Shown in pieces: positions 50,701 through 63,590 of a DNA stretch of 64,000 nt (positions are counted from its first letter, which is position 1; each line of letters starts with the position of its first letter). Made by a program: the position numbers and the translations under genes. The DNA is from Oopsacas minuta (lineage: Eukaryota > Animalia > Porifera): positions 1 through 64,000 of the forward strand of contig JAKMXF010000345.1 of NCBI GenBank assembly GCA_024704765.1, read 5' to 3'. Below the pieces are notes generated by a model that saw nothing but the letters and a program-made list of their open reading frames with translations, had not been told where the DNA came from and did no database searches.

Positions 50701-51900
50701 CTGAAATTAGACTTCATCTCTATGTCACGCTCTTAGTAATATTAGAAGGATCTCTTTCTAAATATTGTAGGTAATTTGTAACTATCACATTGGTGAGACT
50801 GTGATGTCATTAGAAAAGACTGTACTCATACCTGGAGGACCGGAAGCTCTTGTGTATACGACTCTATCTGGTACCATTGGTGAGTAGAATATTTAATATT
50901 TCTTGAAAACATGTTCAGAAGAACCAATGTAATGTTAATGCGATGTACTAGGGGGTAACTAGCATTGAGGCAGAGGAAGCAGTTGCCTTCCCGCTTTTTC
51001 GGGCTTGCTTCATCTCCCTATTGTAATCGCTATTATATTGAGGCAAATACCCATCCTTACCTCCTCGCTCTGGCATCTCTAGTTACGCCCCAGCGATTTC
51101 CCTTGTTTTTTCAAATTCTTTTCAATTATATTTAATCGTAAAAAATACGCGAAATTTAATGCTTTTTTAACAAATTTTAACAATTACTTCCTCAGAATAT
51201 TTCAATTATTATTAAAAACACACTATTTGAGTGTCTAAGCGAATTATATACGATACAATTGAGAGAATTTTCAGTGAGGCTCGGACCAATCCCACCGGAC
51301 TAAGGCCACTAAAATCCTTATTTCTCATCCAGAATTTTCTCCGAGTAATCAGTGATCAAAGAATCGTCCCTAAATCTATATACAAATACATTGGATGCTG
51401 GTTATAAGAACCCCTTGAGAGTAGCAATACATGTCCTATAACCGTTATTAATGAACATGAATATATATTGTAACCATTTTCCAAAGGATGGTTCTTATTT
51501 TCAGTGTTCTTATAACCGCCATCCACTGTACAATTCTTTGAGAAGGACAACTTTCTGTCAAATTTGCGTTTCTTAAAGGATGTTTACTCATTTTCTGATT
51601 ATTATATATTTTCATTGTTCTTTAGGAATGCTAGTTCCTTTCACAAGCAAAGAAGACATTGACTTTTTCCAGCATTTAGAAATGCATTTACGACAAGAAT
51701 ACCAAACTCTAAGTGGTAGAGATCATCTCACATTTCGTTCATACTATTGTCCTGTTAAGAATGTAATAGACGGAGATCTCTGTGAACAATTCAATACAAT
51801 TGATCCAATAAAACGTAGTTCTATTGCTGAAGAGCTAGATCGGACGGCGACTGAGGTCAGCAAGAAATTGGAGGATATTAGAACACGCTTTGCCTTTTGA
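38712..51900 (+). CDS. SF3B3: Splicing factor 3B subunit 3 (SAP130), 1216 aa, 14 exons
   Basis: Exons 38712-39014, 40295-40428, 41422-41630, 42180-42383, 42840-43082, 43876-44089, 45064-45310, 45624-45891, 46239-46493, 46877-47185, 47988-48384, 49098-49581, 50771-50879, 51626-51900 join in phase (3651 nt). Hallmarks [97 protein letters not shown]. Confidence 0.97.
39111..39734. mobile_element. 624-bp TA-target MITE in SF3B3 intron 1
   Basis: TA|CAGTCAACTCCGCTTAA ... TTAAGCAGAGTTGACTG|TA. Confidence 0.75.
41817..42001. mobile_element. TA-target MITE family B (~185 bp; other copies 43614-43795, 49701-49886 and reversed/interrupted 50046-50658)
   Basis: CAGTAGAGTCTCCGAATAAC(A/G)GA(C/T)ACGTT(A/G)GGGACAT... 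and ...GGAGACTCCA(C/T)TG|TA; highly similar bodies. Confidence 0.9.
44140..44248. mobile_element. Short hAT-like MITE family with CAGTGGTTCCCAACC-type ends (also 53540-53663, ~54487-54620, ~30412-30510, right end ~22648-22665)
   Basis: Ends CAGCCGTTCCCA/TTGGGCACCACTG with TSD GTGTAGCT/GTATAACT; at 53540 the TSD is ACCCAGAA/ACCTAGGA. Confidence 0.7.
47381..47600 (+). mobile_element. Helentron/HINE-like non-autonomous element (related fragment ~62101-62210)
   Basis: T-run followed by the hairpin-like TAGTGCAGCAG..(C/A)TGC(C/A)CTA, then GACGT(T/C)CGTC(C/T)G microsatellite-like core. The ATGGCATGAACGATGTGCGACG..GCCATGCGAAATC block is shared with 62113-62165. Right boundary uncertain. Confidence 0.5.
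48465..48709. mobile_element. TA-target MITE family C (also 60256-60475, 51389-51528, fragments ~40690-40850 and ~41210-41390)
   Basis: TA|CAGT(A/C)(G/T)ATGCCGG(A/T)TATAAGAAC ... GTTCTTATAACCGGCAT(C/T)(T/A)ACTG|TA with internal CCGG.TATAAGAAC repeats. Confidence 0.85.
50080..50495. mobile_element. hAT-like MITE nested inside the reversed family B copy
   Basis: TIR CAACGGCGGATTC / GAATCCGCCACTG; TSD CCAAGAAG/CCGAGAAG; host family B sequence resumes on both sides. Confidence 0.85.
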
Positions 51901-52273
51901 TATGTAGTGTATTCGGATTTGATCACTTGGAGTAATAGTAAATAGTTGAGCTGGTTTTATCTCTGAAAAGAGTTACTTTTTTTCTCTTATATAATTATAT
52001 CTTTTCTTATTTTGTGACCGAGGAATACAGAGTTCATAGAAGGGTTGAAACCGATCAAACTGAATATCAGTATTCATGAATAGCAACCTAGCCTAATACT
52101 GATAATATTCGGTTGCAACCTTAGTTTCCTGCATAGACTACATACTTTATACCTTTTTTTCCTATCTTAGATCGTCCTTTAGAATCTCTGTATCAACAAA
52201 TTACAATTTGCAACAAAAATTTGTCCTATTTATACTTTCCATGTTATATAACTAGCATTCCATTCCTCCGTCA

Positions 52274-55200
52274 ATGTCACTACCTTTCATTCCTGGAAAC
52301 AATTTCGATAACACAGTAGGTAGAGAAAAGTTTCACAAATCACAACTATTCGATTACAGGAATGATGTCCCTGCATTTGTGGGCGAAAGTAAGACAGGAA
52401 TTGGCGGGGAAATTCTGCCAGGCTATAGACCGAAAAATAACACAAGTTCGTTCCCAAAGGGCGAAGGAGCACCAGCTCCCGCTTGGGTAGCTTTTGATCG
52501 GAAAGTTCTGAGTTTTAAAGGATATTTTAAGGAGGATGTTGTTGAAAAGCGCGAGGAGACCTTTCGTATAAGGAAATGTATCATTCTGTTCTATCTGGAA
52601 GATGATACTATTCAAGTGAGTTGTATATAAGTAATGTTTATTTGTTTATCCGCCAATGAGGTGTTTATCACAAAGCTTGTGAATTTGTAGCTAGGAAAAT
52701 GACATTATCCTATGGACAATACGTTGCACACGTACGTACGTCTCGGCCGTGCGAAATCTGGCAGTCTGTTGAACATGGTTTTGATTATGTATATATATAT
52801 AATTGTCGGGATTTACACCTGGGATATAAAATTTTCTTCTCTCTGGCAATGTTACAGAAATTCTACGATTTTTGTTAATAGTTTTGTTCGCCTATTAGCG
52901 ATTCGTATGGAAGCATTATTTCTCTATTAGCAATTTTTCAAGGACTTGTACAGTAGAACTCTTTGCGAAACAAATCTGATTTTACAGATATTAAGATCAA
53001 CACAGTAGACTCCCGTGACCAAGTCAGATTTCCCGAGAAACCCCTTCGTTATAACAAGAGTTTACTGTATTTCATTCAGGATAACAATATCCCCTAGTAA
53101 CTATTGAGGGTGATTTTTATTTGAATGTATGTTTATAGGTAAACGAACGTCAAGTAGAGAACAGTGGAATACCACAAGGTACTCTAATAAGACGTCATAG
53201 AATACCCCTACAAGCACCGTATGATAACAAATTCTATACCGTAGAACAGTTTAATGTTGGAAAAACACTAGCATTCTATAGCAAATCATTTCGATTGATT
53301 GATTGTGATTCTTTCACTAAGAAATTCTTGGAACATCTTGGTGTTAAGGTTGGAGAGGCAGAAGAGTTTCCTGATGATCCTTATGAACAGTTTAGGGCTG
53401 ATCTGCTAGCTAATATGCAGCCATTACGTCCTTATGAGAAGGTAGGGAATTGATACTACTATACTGTGTATGTTATTTGATGAACAATTTCTAAGTTGAA
53501 ATTTTAATAATAATTGCGGTGGATCAAAATGACCCAGAACAGTAGCTCCCAACCTCGGTCCATGGTCCACGAACAGGAGCGGGGCTCCACATGCATGCAT
53601 TCACCGGATCTATTGCACTCTATGGGAGGGGGTGCACGGGTGAAACAGGTTGGGAAACCCCTGACCTAGGACAACACTCAAGCATATACCTGGATTTTAC
53701 TCTATATTATAATAGTTTGTATCGTAGAGTTCATGGTATAGACACTAACATGGTTCTTCTAGCTTCTAACTATCATGAGTATTGATAAGATTCTTGTCTG
53801 AAAAACATATTTGGCAGGCAACATAATATTGTTCATGTACTATTATGAGTCTCACGTTCGGCACTTTATGTCTTTCATGTCCTTCATGGGTGCAAAATTG
53901 GCAATTTTAGGTGACCTGTGCCCGCTAAGCACCTAGATAAACACCTGGTCCCAAAATGTTAAAGTAACATGAATTTTATCGGATATCTTTCCTTGGATAT
54001 TTTAGTAAAATCTCTACATTTTTAATTTCATATACGAATGTTGTGAATTTTTCCCTCTTTTATGAGAAAAAAGACAGAAATATCCAATAGTCAAATTCCT
54101 GAATGATTGGCAAGTACGGTGATTAACTCGCTCCGTTAAGATTCGATATACCGGGAGTTGAGCGTATTTTGATTGAAAGAATAATTGTTTCCAAATTTAC
54201 GTAGGTTGATGTTCTAAAGCAATTCTTGGAGTTTGACAGACGTGTGCTACGTTTCTACGGAGTGTGGGATGATAGAAACAGTTTATTTGGAGATATTAGA
54301 GAATTGGTATTACATTATTTTCTAGCTGATGGTACTATTGAGATAAAGGAAATTGTTCCGCCCAATTCGGGGAGAGATGCTGCTCCAATTTTTCTAAGAC
54401 GTCAGAGGTATTGAATTTTCCTAATTCTTAATACGATATAGTAATTTATCTCGATATTGAGTGATTTACTTGTGATTACTCTAGGGCAGCTGTCCCCAAC
54501 CTTTTCCACCTGTGTTCCCTAGACCAATGAACTGCCTTACAAATTTTGAGATCCTGTGGGCCCATTGCTGTCATCCGTGGACCACTCAGGGGTTCATGGA
54601 CCCCAGGTTGTGAACCTCTGGATGAAGAGCCACGTATTTTATTTGTGAAACATTTGACGTCGAGTAAGAGGAAATATGTTCAGGAAAATCATATAAGACT
54701 TGAATATTGAATATTAGTCGTTTGGCGCTACATTTTCCAAATTTTTACGAATTTTTTACATATATCGAAAATGAAAAATAAATACGTGTTGTACGTTCAA
54801 CTTGCACTTGTTGGTAACGTAGCTTCTCTTAGGCTGATTTATACAATAAATATTTTGCATGAAAACAATAGTTCTCGAATTGTTAATGAGAAATCTCAGC
54901 ATAGTTGTCCATATAATACTCGGTAATAATGTGACTTATACAAGTCGAACAATTCAAAATCGCCTATTTCCAGATTAACCCAGACGTATAACGCGTTCAA
55001 ATAGTTCACGTATGACGTATTAACTTTATACATGTATTATGCACCTTAGAAATATTGCCAGTTAGGGCGGATGGAATTATTTAACCATCTAGACCCGTAA
55101 GCATTAAAATTAACAAAATAGGCTCTGACAATAAATAGATTCTTCAGTAAGACATTTTGTGTTTTACTGAAGAATTTATCCAAATACATTAAATTGTACA

Positions 55201-58200
55201 ATCAGGTGTTTTGTAAGGCGTACCATTATTTGAAATTCCTTATGTAAGATATACGTACATACAACTCACTAATAGAGCGAATTCACGGCCCCCATACATA
55301 CGAACCTCCACAGCTAGTAGATCAAATGAATTATAAATAGCACGAGAATTTACCACGCATTTAAAGAATCCTTATATATGTGCACAGTGGAATATTCCCA
55401 ATGCGACATATGAAAATTGTCTGATCATCAAGAAACAGTGGGAACTCGTTCATATGAATTTCAGGAAAAGACCAACAAGTATTTACACAAAATCTCTTTC
55501 CTTGAATTGTAATTCAATTGGTGTTACTCCTCTTAATACGAACTTCGGATAAAGCGAGCATATATTTTGACCATTCGTTGGTGTTCGTATTAAAGATGTT
55601 CCACTGTACGAGTACTTATATGTTATTACTATAATCTGAGAACATTTACTGTCAGTATCAGGTTATGCACTGTACACAAACTTAATGTGAATAACATATT
55701 TTTACAGATTACCCAAGTCTCCTGAAGCAATGGAACAGCCTGGAGTAAGGACTAAACGTACTGTTCTTAATGTATTCGGACCTATGGGACATGGAGGTAG
55801 ATATATATTGGATAGTCTTAAGACTGGAGCTGTTCATCAGGATTATTATCATGATTCAGATCTCTGTATTGGTAGGTTGATTTAGGAGAGGTTACACAAG
55901 TTTCAGAACTCGCCTTCGCGGTTTCGACTATTCGCGACTCACAGTTTTTGTTACACATATCAGCAGTTTGATTGAAATAATTCTAATTGTTAGGTGCTAT
56001 ACTGGATGTTTGGGGTAGAAAGGTATTGATATGTGACTGTGATTCATTCACAAAGGCTTACTATCGTTCTAAATATGAATTAGAGAAGTTTGAACCTATC
56101 CTATATCATGCTCCTGCTCCTCCTATTCCTCCTACAGAAATACCTCCTTATGAAGGATTCCAGATTGGTAAGATTCGTCATGCAGTTTACTTATGATTTA
56201 CTAGGATATTCAATGTATTCGCATTCCTCAAGCACCATAGCCATTGCTGCATATTATTCCAATATGATAGTATTATTGCATTATGGGAATATTAAAGTTT
56301 CGTGTCCTAGCTCAGAATATGCCCCAGATATTTGAAGTTTTTGTAAAGTAAATCGTAGAATTATGGTATATTGAAAATAAGCAAAAAGATTCACATTCCT
56401 ACCAATCATTGACGGTGCTAGGGGAGACAACAGGGCATTTGCCCCAGGTTATAATGATTCTCTACCTCGGTTCGCTCTTAGATATGCCAGATCCCAAATC
56501 TCATATGTTTATGTCATTAATACATTACTAGGCTCAGAAGAAGATTCCAGACAAAACTGTATCAGTTTAATCCCCAAACCACCTAAACAAGATTTCCAGA
56601 AATTCATGGAGAAGGACAAACAAGGCCTAGACTCAAATGTGCTCCGTTACATGGCGTCTCTTGACACTGAGAAAGCCATAGACGCTGACCGTCGTTTCAT
56701 TGTATCGTACTATCTGTCAGACAATACTTTATCAGTGTATGAACCTTTAGTACGAAACTCTGGCATAATTGGCGGTAAATTCATTGAACGTGGCAAGATA
56801 TTGAAAGATGCGGGACTTGATGTTGAAACACAGAGACGTGTATATTATGAACCTCAGGATCTGTATATTGGAGCTGGGGTATCTCTGAATAGACATAACT
56901 TTATATTGATTGATGCGGATGAGTATGCTATTTCGTATATGGAGAATAGGCCAGGTTAGTTTTAGTTAGTTTTTGGTGGAATCTATTCCAGAGGATGTTG
57001 CGTGAAATTTTGGTCACTTCTTATAACATATCAAACAAATTTTCAGTTTAAAAGTTTTACTGATAAGCAAGGTTGCCGTGGGAACGGAATTTCAATTCCC
57101 ATTTCCACAGGATTTCTGTGGGATTTCCACACGCTTTCCCATGTAGGAATTCTCATAGAATACAATAATTACCATTCCGACGGCAACCCTGGAAGAAGAA
57201 TTCATACGTGAATCTCAAGACAATGCATTTTGGCTTTGTACAAAATACTTGGGAATTCCCACATCCACGGTAACCCTGCTGATAAGGGTATGGATATCGT
57301 ATATAGCTATATATTTCATTGACATTTATGCCAAATACCGACGAAAAGTTAAACAAATTTTCTAGACTAGGAACAAGGTTCGCAACTATCCAATTACAAT
57401 AGAACCTCGTTAATACGAACACCAACGGACTGTCAGATTTTGTTCTCCTCATCAGGAGTAATACCAATTGAATAACCATTATAGGAATCTGATATTGTGT
57501 AAATATTTGTTCGTCTTATCCCGAAATTTGTATTACCATGTTTGTATTAACGAAGCTGCACTGTAGTTATTTTCATTAACAAGAACTAATGTAAATACAT
57601 TCAGAATTGTAACAAACAGTACAGTCAAACCTGCTTAACGACCAACTTCTGTATAGCAGTCACCTGCACACATCGGCCACCTAAAAACTGTCCCCTCCGA
57701 AATCCCATTTTAATGACCTCTGCATAGCGGTCACCATTTTTGGTCCCTTACAGCCGCTAAACCTATCTAGAACGGCCAGTTCCTTTCTCTAACGGCCACT
57801 TTATATATTGGTCGCCTCTCATAGGGTCTACCTTTGCCCGATCCTTGGGATGTCATCATTACCTAATTCCATTATATTATCTTTAATATCGGTCACTTGG
57901 CTTAATGGTCAACCTCTCTATAGCGGCCACTTTTGGCCAGTCCCTTCAGTGCAGTGGCTGTTATAGACAAGTTGACTGTATTTGGAAATTACCAGTTATA
58001 GCCCATGGTCAAAATCAATATACGTATTTGAATTTATTCATGTTAAGCACCATAGAAACATTCACCACATGAAGCACAAGCACATTATCCTGAAACTACC
58101 AACTGATTTTAACTATCCTGCTAATTAGATTACTCAGTGCAGGCTGTGCTCATTTCATAGAATTTGTGGTCATATTTTGAGCCCAATTATAATGAACTTT

Positions 58201-59747
58201 CCTTAAACGCACAAACAGAAAGAAATTGCTTAATAATCTATCCACATATTACATTTCCAAACACAACAATTCGAATTCGAATTATTTGTTTTACTTTCAC
58301 TGATATTTCATAGAATATATTTCATAATGCTTATCGAATCAAATGCTGAGTATCAGAATGGTGACGATTGAAAGCTAGTGTACTGTTATATCTTTGTTGT
58401 ATTCTCAGCTGTTTTTAAGCTCATGATATATGTCTAATTTTAGTAACAATTCTTGTTATATTATTAACGTTAGGTAATCTGGTTGGTTTCAAGGAATCAT
58501 TGCTTTGAAATATTACACTTGTAAGGGTCATGAAGGCCGAAAAAAATTATCTTGTTTCCCTATTTTTGTCAAATTCCCCGTTTGCGGAGGTTCATTTGTG
58601 TGAGACGAGGAATTCTCTATTTCTTTTCACTCAATTTCCAGAAGTTGCCCGTTTCCACAGACCCGTGTGGAAGTTTTACTGTCCCATTACTAATTTCGAA
58701 TTCTACTTATATCGAAGTAAATGTCAACTTCCCCCTAGGCTTCAACATAATGAGATTTGACGTCATCCTCGGGGAATGTTTAGTCAAGTTTTGCTGATAT
58801 CATACACCAAATACCACACCCTATATCAAAATTGAATGAATTTTGAATGCCATCACCATATTACTATATATGTTCATTTCAATTACAGTCAACTTTCGTT
58901 ATATCAAACACGGATATACCGAAATTCCCGCTTATATAGGAGTCTGAAAGTATACAAATATGATTCCAAACCGTCAAAGTAACATATAATTCATCGGTGA
59001 TCTCGAACTCCGTTTATATCAAAATAATCATCGTGGTCTCTTGAGCTTCTGTATCACGAGAGTTGACAGTATAAATATACTGTGTTCATTCATATTTTCA
59101 TTTTCCTTTTCATTCTAGATGAATTCCCTATCGCAAACATTGAGAAAATAAAATCAAAACTTTCCCAACTCGACAAAGATCAGATACAACAATCTCTCAC
59201 CAATATCGATCATGACTCAAAAGGGAAGTTAACTTTTGATAAATTCTTTTCCACAATTAAGAATAGTACTAATCTAATTGACCATGAGATCGTCACATTA
59301 GCCCGATATTACGGTGGACAATTGGAAACTAATAAAGATGAGATTGCGCAAGTTGTCAATAAGGTACAAGCGACTTTGAAAGAATCGCGGTATGAAGCAT
59401 TTCCGCATATTGCACTAGATTGTAAACTCGAAGATTCGCGAAAAAGTGGATTCATAGCTCTCAATATACTCGCGGATATTTGCACTAAACACTCACTTCC
59501 ACTTTCTCCAGAACTTTTCGAAAAACTAATTCGATGTGTTGACCGTAATACCCAGAATAAACTCGACTATCAACAATTCGTTACATTTGTCAATTGGCGC
59601 GATTCCCCCGCTAAGACCCTATTTTCCACACGTAAAAGTGACCTTGGTTTGAAGCCAGCTGGCTCAGGAAGTTGGCCTCAATATGACAACGATGAACAGT
59701 ATAGTTATGAGGTCGATTTTACTCGAATGTTAAGTGACGTTTACTAG
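52274..59747 (+). CDS. EFHC2: EF-hand domain-containing family member C2 (3 DM10 domains + EF-hand-like tail), 745 aa, 7 exons
   Basis: Exons 52274-52615, 53139-53441, 54205-54407, 55708-55871, 55994-56167, 56532-56954, 59119-59747 join in phase (2238 nt). MSLPFIPGN..GREKFHKSQ, WVAFDRKVL, FYLEDDTIQV, LHYFLADGTIEIKE, GSEEDS, FIVSYYLSDNTLSVYEP..RNSGI.GGKF. Confidence 0.93.
57068..57278. mobile_element. hAT-like MITE
   Basis: TIR CAAGGTTGCCGTGG / CCACGGTAACCCTG; perfect 8-bp TSD CTGATAAG. Confidence 0.9.
57397..57563. mobile_element. TA-target MITE family H (CAGTGGAACCTCGTTAATACGAAC; related at ~1769, ~13839, ~29680, ~42398-42478, ~55404-55606)
   Basis: Shared termini GAACCTCGTTAATACGAAC / GTATTAACGA(A/G)G..(C/T)CACTG|TA. 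Confidence 0.7.
57622..57978. mobile_element. TA-target MITE with internal (A/G)CGG(C/T)CAC repeats
   Basis: TA|CAGTCAAACCTG ... CAAGTTGACTG|TA; multiple subterminal GCGGCCAC/GCGGTCAC motifs. Confidence 0.75.
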
Positions 59748-61844
59748 ATGACGTCATTGGATTTCGACATATACTATAGGCAAACCTATCACTTGTTTGT
59801 TTTGATATTTACTCAATTTATTTACTCACACACGTACACACTATTACTAGTACACAAAATTAATATATGTGATTTTGTTATGTGTTTTCTCACCAATATA
59901 CATACAAGCAAAAAAAGATTGGAGAATTTTGGTCAGAAATGTACGTATATGAATTTTGATGGGAGAATCCGTTCATTTATTGACAATTGCTTATAGTGAT
60001 TTCATATATAGAATTAATCAGTAATAATCACGAATTGAATGTGATTTGAAGTGATGGATTTTGACCTGAAAATTTTCAATATTTATATGGTATTTCTGCT
60101 CAACAAATACGAATTGTTGTAATTGCAATAACAACTACTTTACAGTTATATAATTCCGAATGAAAATCCAGGTTTCTCATTTAATTTTGCTAGGCTGGAT
60201 CAGTGCAACTTCGATGTTTTAAGACACAATATTCATATGTAGCATTATACGGATACAGTAGATGCCGGATATAAGAACACCGGTTATAGAACCATAACTC
60301 GATTTACCGAATCTTTTGTATCTTACTCCATTGAATTTTACCGGATATAAGAACCTTTCATGCTGGTTATAAGAACATGCCGGATATAAGAACCATCTTC
60401 AGAAAACTGTTTTCATATATTCCTTTATATTTTATGCCGGTTATAACAACATGTTCTTATAACCGGCATTAACTGTAATATGTACTTTCCTTGGTGGAAC
60501 TCTATGCAGCTATGATAATACTCTTTTCTATTGATCTTACGGGGCCTGTGGAAACGGGAACCTCTTGAAACTGAGTGAAAAGTTAATAGAGTGAATTCCT
60601 AGTCCCATACAAATGAACCTTCACAAACGGGGAACGGGTAGCAGTTTTCGGCGCACCTGGAACAATTTATTGAGGTTACACTGTATATATCCATATGATG
60701 TAGACAAATCATTTACATAAAACAATACTATCAAGAAAACTATTGCTATTTAACCATCCAGAATTCACACAATATCGAAATTCCCCAATCATAACCATCA
60801 CGAGTTAATACCTACATCTCCCTAATAGACAGTTAATCATGTTTATTTACGACTATATTTACCAAGCTCTAAATCGATTTCCTTATTCTAATTATCTCTC
60901 AAATATGTAAAGTATTCCTCCAGCCAAAATATACTTCCTACCTAGAGTAATAATTGAAATATTCAGATGATTATTTGTATGCATTGGCAACAACTGTTGT
61001 TATACGTTATTGTGTTTCAACATATTCTTCTACAGATTTACAATGGAATGCATATATAGTATAATTATAGGGAAACTTTGGGGTTACACTGAAACTTATA
61101 ATTGAATTCTCTTTGAGTATATTTACAAGCGTAATTGTAGTATTTTGAAATTTATTACTTATTGATTTGTCGATCATTCTGGAAAGGTAATTATGCTTAT
61201 ATTTGTGTTTTTAAATGTTTTATTAATAATTTTTGATATCTATTAATTCGAAAGTTAAGGTTAAAGTACGTATTTCATTAATGCATGCAATCTGCTACTT
61301 TCTATTTAGGTAATATGCCTGCGTTTATATATCACTCTAGTGGCTATAAGGATAGGAGTAAAACCCCTGAAAGAGGTAGCGATTTGATTTGTATTGGACA
61401 ATAATGTTCAGATAATATTTAAATGGGCTGAGAATGTATGGGCAGGCCTACCGAGTCCACGCACCCAAGCAGTGGGACCACTTCCCTCTATTGAGTTAGA
61501 GGAGGGTATCCCCTGAATTTTTCATTTTTAGACCTTACCCCCCAGAAATTTGGCTGCACTCCCCGGCAGATGCGCTGCCCCCGCAAAATTAGAGAGAAAC
61601 TAGGAAACGACTGAGCCTCCAAATGGTTCAAATATAGAAACGAAATAATCTTTACAAATGCGTAAATTTTGAGAGATACCATGTACCCACTGATCCAGCT
61701 GAGCGCATGTTCCATTAACCAATGCATTTTCGTCTCACAGCAATATTAATTAACCCTTATTCACTTACATTAAATTCACCGAAGGGTAGAAAAGAATATT
61801 CTAGAAAGTTTTAATTGTAATGACCATTGAGAAAACACAATTAA

Positions 61845-63590
61845 ATGGATTCAAATTCATCTATTGTTACATCAACTCTGACTCGGAAATTTTCACAGAA
61901 TTCTCCAAAGAAAGAACCCTTATCTCCTATACACACGGGAAAGATGAATGATAAGTCTGACAGTTCAGACAACACGAGTAGTAGTAAGTTATTAAACAGG
62001 AAATATCGACAATTCGTACTGCGGCATTTCGCACTATAAGAATACACTAAAATCTGACGTCACTTATAATAATCATCCAGGTGTTTTTATGACAACTAAA
62101 AAGCTGCTGCACTAATGACATGGACGATGTGTGACGTCCGTCCGTGCGGCCATGCGAAATCGAGTAGTCGAAATTGACGCGAAAATTGATAGATAGATGT
62201 TTTGCAAAGACCGCGATAATTGCTTGAATATGCTGAGTTCGTTATAGCCTATGGGATATATGTTACTTTGATTGTTTGGGAGCATATTTGTACAATTTCT
62301 GAATTCGATATATCCATGTTCGATAAAATGGAAGTTGACTGTATTTCAAAATATGCTAGAGATTTAGTTTCAACGAATAATGGAACAATAATCCGTTTTT
62401 TTGGGTAGAAATATAGCGGGACGGAAGGCAGTAATTCAGCGGGACATCGCGGGACACATCATATTTGTATTAGACTGGACTACAAAAAATCGGGACAATG
62501 AGGGCTTCTGGCAAGTTTTGGCGGGACATTAGCTTCATTGGCCCTCAACTCATGTCCGAAAAAACTGGGCAGTTGGCAAGTACGGGTCCAATACCCGAGC
62601 TACACAATTTGTATTGTATATCTACTATAATGTATTTCTCTAGTACCAGCTGGCTACTGCACAACTCCACGTCTTAAAAAAGCCAACTCAATGAAATATT
62701 TCGGCCCAGTTGAAGGCTCAATGCCTAAACTAGGTCATATCCTACGTGAACTCTACGATACAGAAATAGAATACGTGAATTCATTAGAGAAAACTGTTCA
62801 TATTTACTTGAACGCTCTGATGAAGGAAAAAGGGCCAAATATTAAAACTCTGTGTTATAAAATTTTCGGTAATATTCAAGATATTCTGCATTTCCATCAA
62901 GATATCTTCCTACCAAGATTAGAGGAGGTATATCATAGTGCTGGAGAGGTGAGTGATAATTATTTGGAATTCTGTTGCTAAAATTCGCATCGGCAATGAA
63001 ATTCGTCAAGTTAACATTTTGCAAATTTCCCCGAGATTACAATTATTGGATTTCTCGTTATTCCCCACATTACACTCCAAATTATTCAGAAATATAGCGA
63101 AAAAAGCAAAATTTAATGACATCTTGAAAATTCTAAATACAGTCAACTATATTTGTACAATTTAAGACTTCGATAATCTGCGAATTTCGCCATATCCGCG
63201 GTATCTGTTATAATAGTTTTTCTCTCTCCCTCTAGGTGTCAGCTTTATTGCTTGAACATTACGAAAACTTCATGAGACTATATGTCAAATACTGTCTCAT
63301 GATTTGTGAATCAAGCCAACTTTTAAAATCCAAAAACCTAAAAGCTTTTTTCAAATCAATCCGTGAAGAATACAAAGATAAACAGAGCCTCTCTGGCTAC
63401 CTTATACGTCCCGTGCAGCGTATAACCAGATATGAATTGATGTTAGATCAAATGATAAACACATATCATAAAGCTAATGTACCTTGTTGGAATATTGAGC
63501 ATGCTTACACTGTTATAAAGGAGGTTCCTACTCTTGCTGATAATGCTATGAGATTGAATTCTATACTGAATTATAAGGAACATTTTAATG
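61845..63590 (+). CDS. Dbl-homology RhoGEF (Trio/Kalirin-like DH), 5' part; continues beyond 63590
   Basis: Exons 61845-61983 (start tentative), 62644-62948 and 63236-63590 join in phase. DH motifs LRELYDTEIEYVNSL, IFGNIQDILHFH..FLPRL, LYVKYC, YLIRPVQRITRYELML. GTGAGT donor at 63591. Confidence 0.85.

Noticed and set aside
57616-57980. Repeated GCGGCCAC motifs as a CRISPR-like or satellite array
   Set aside because: Irregular subterminal repeats inside a TA-flanked TIR element.
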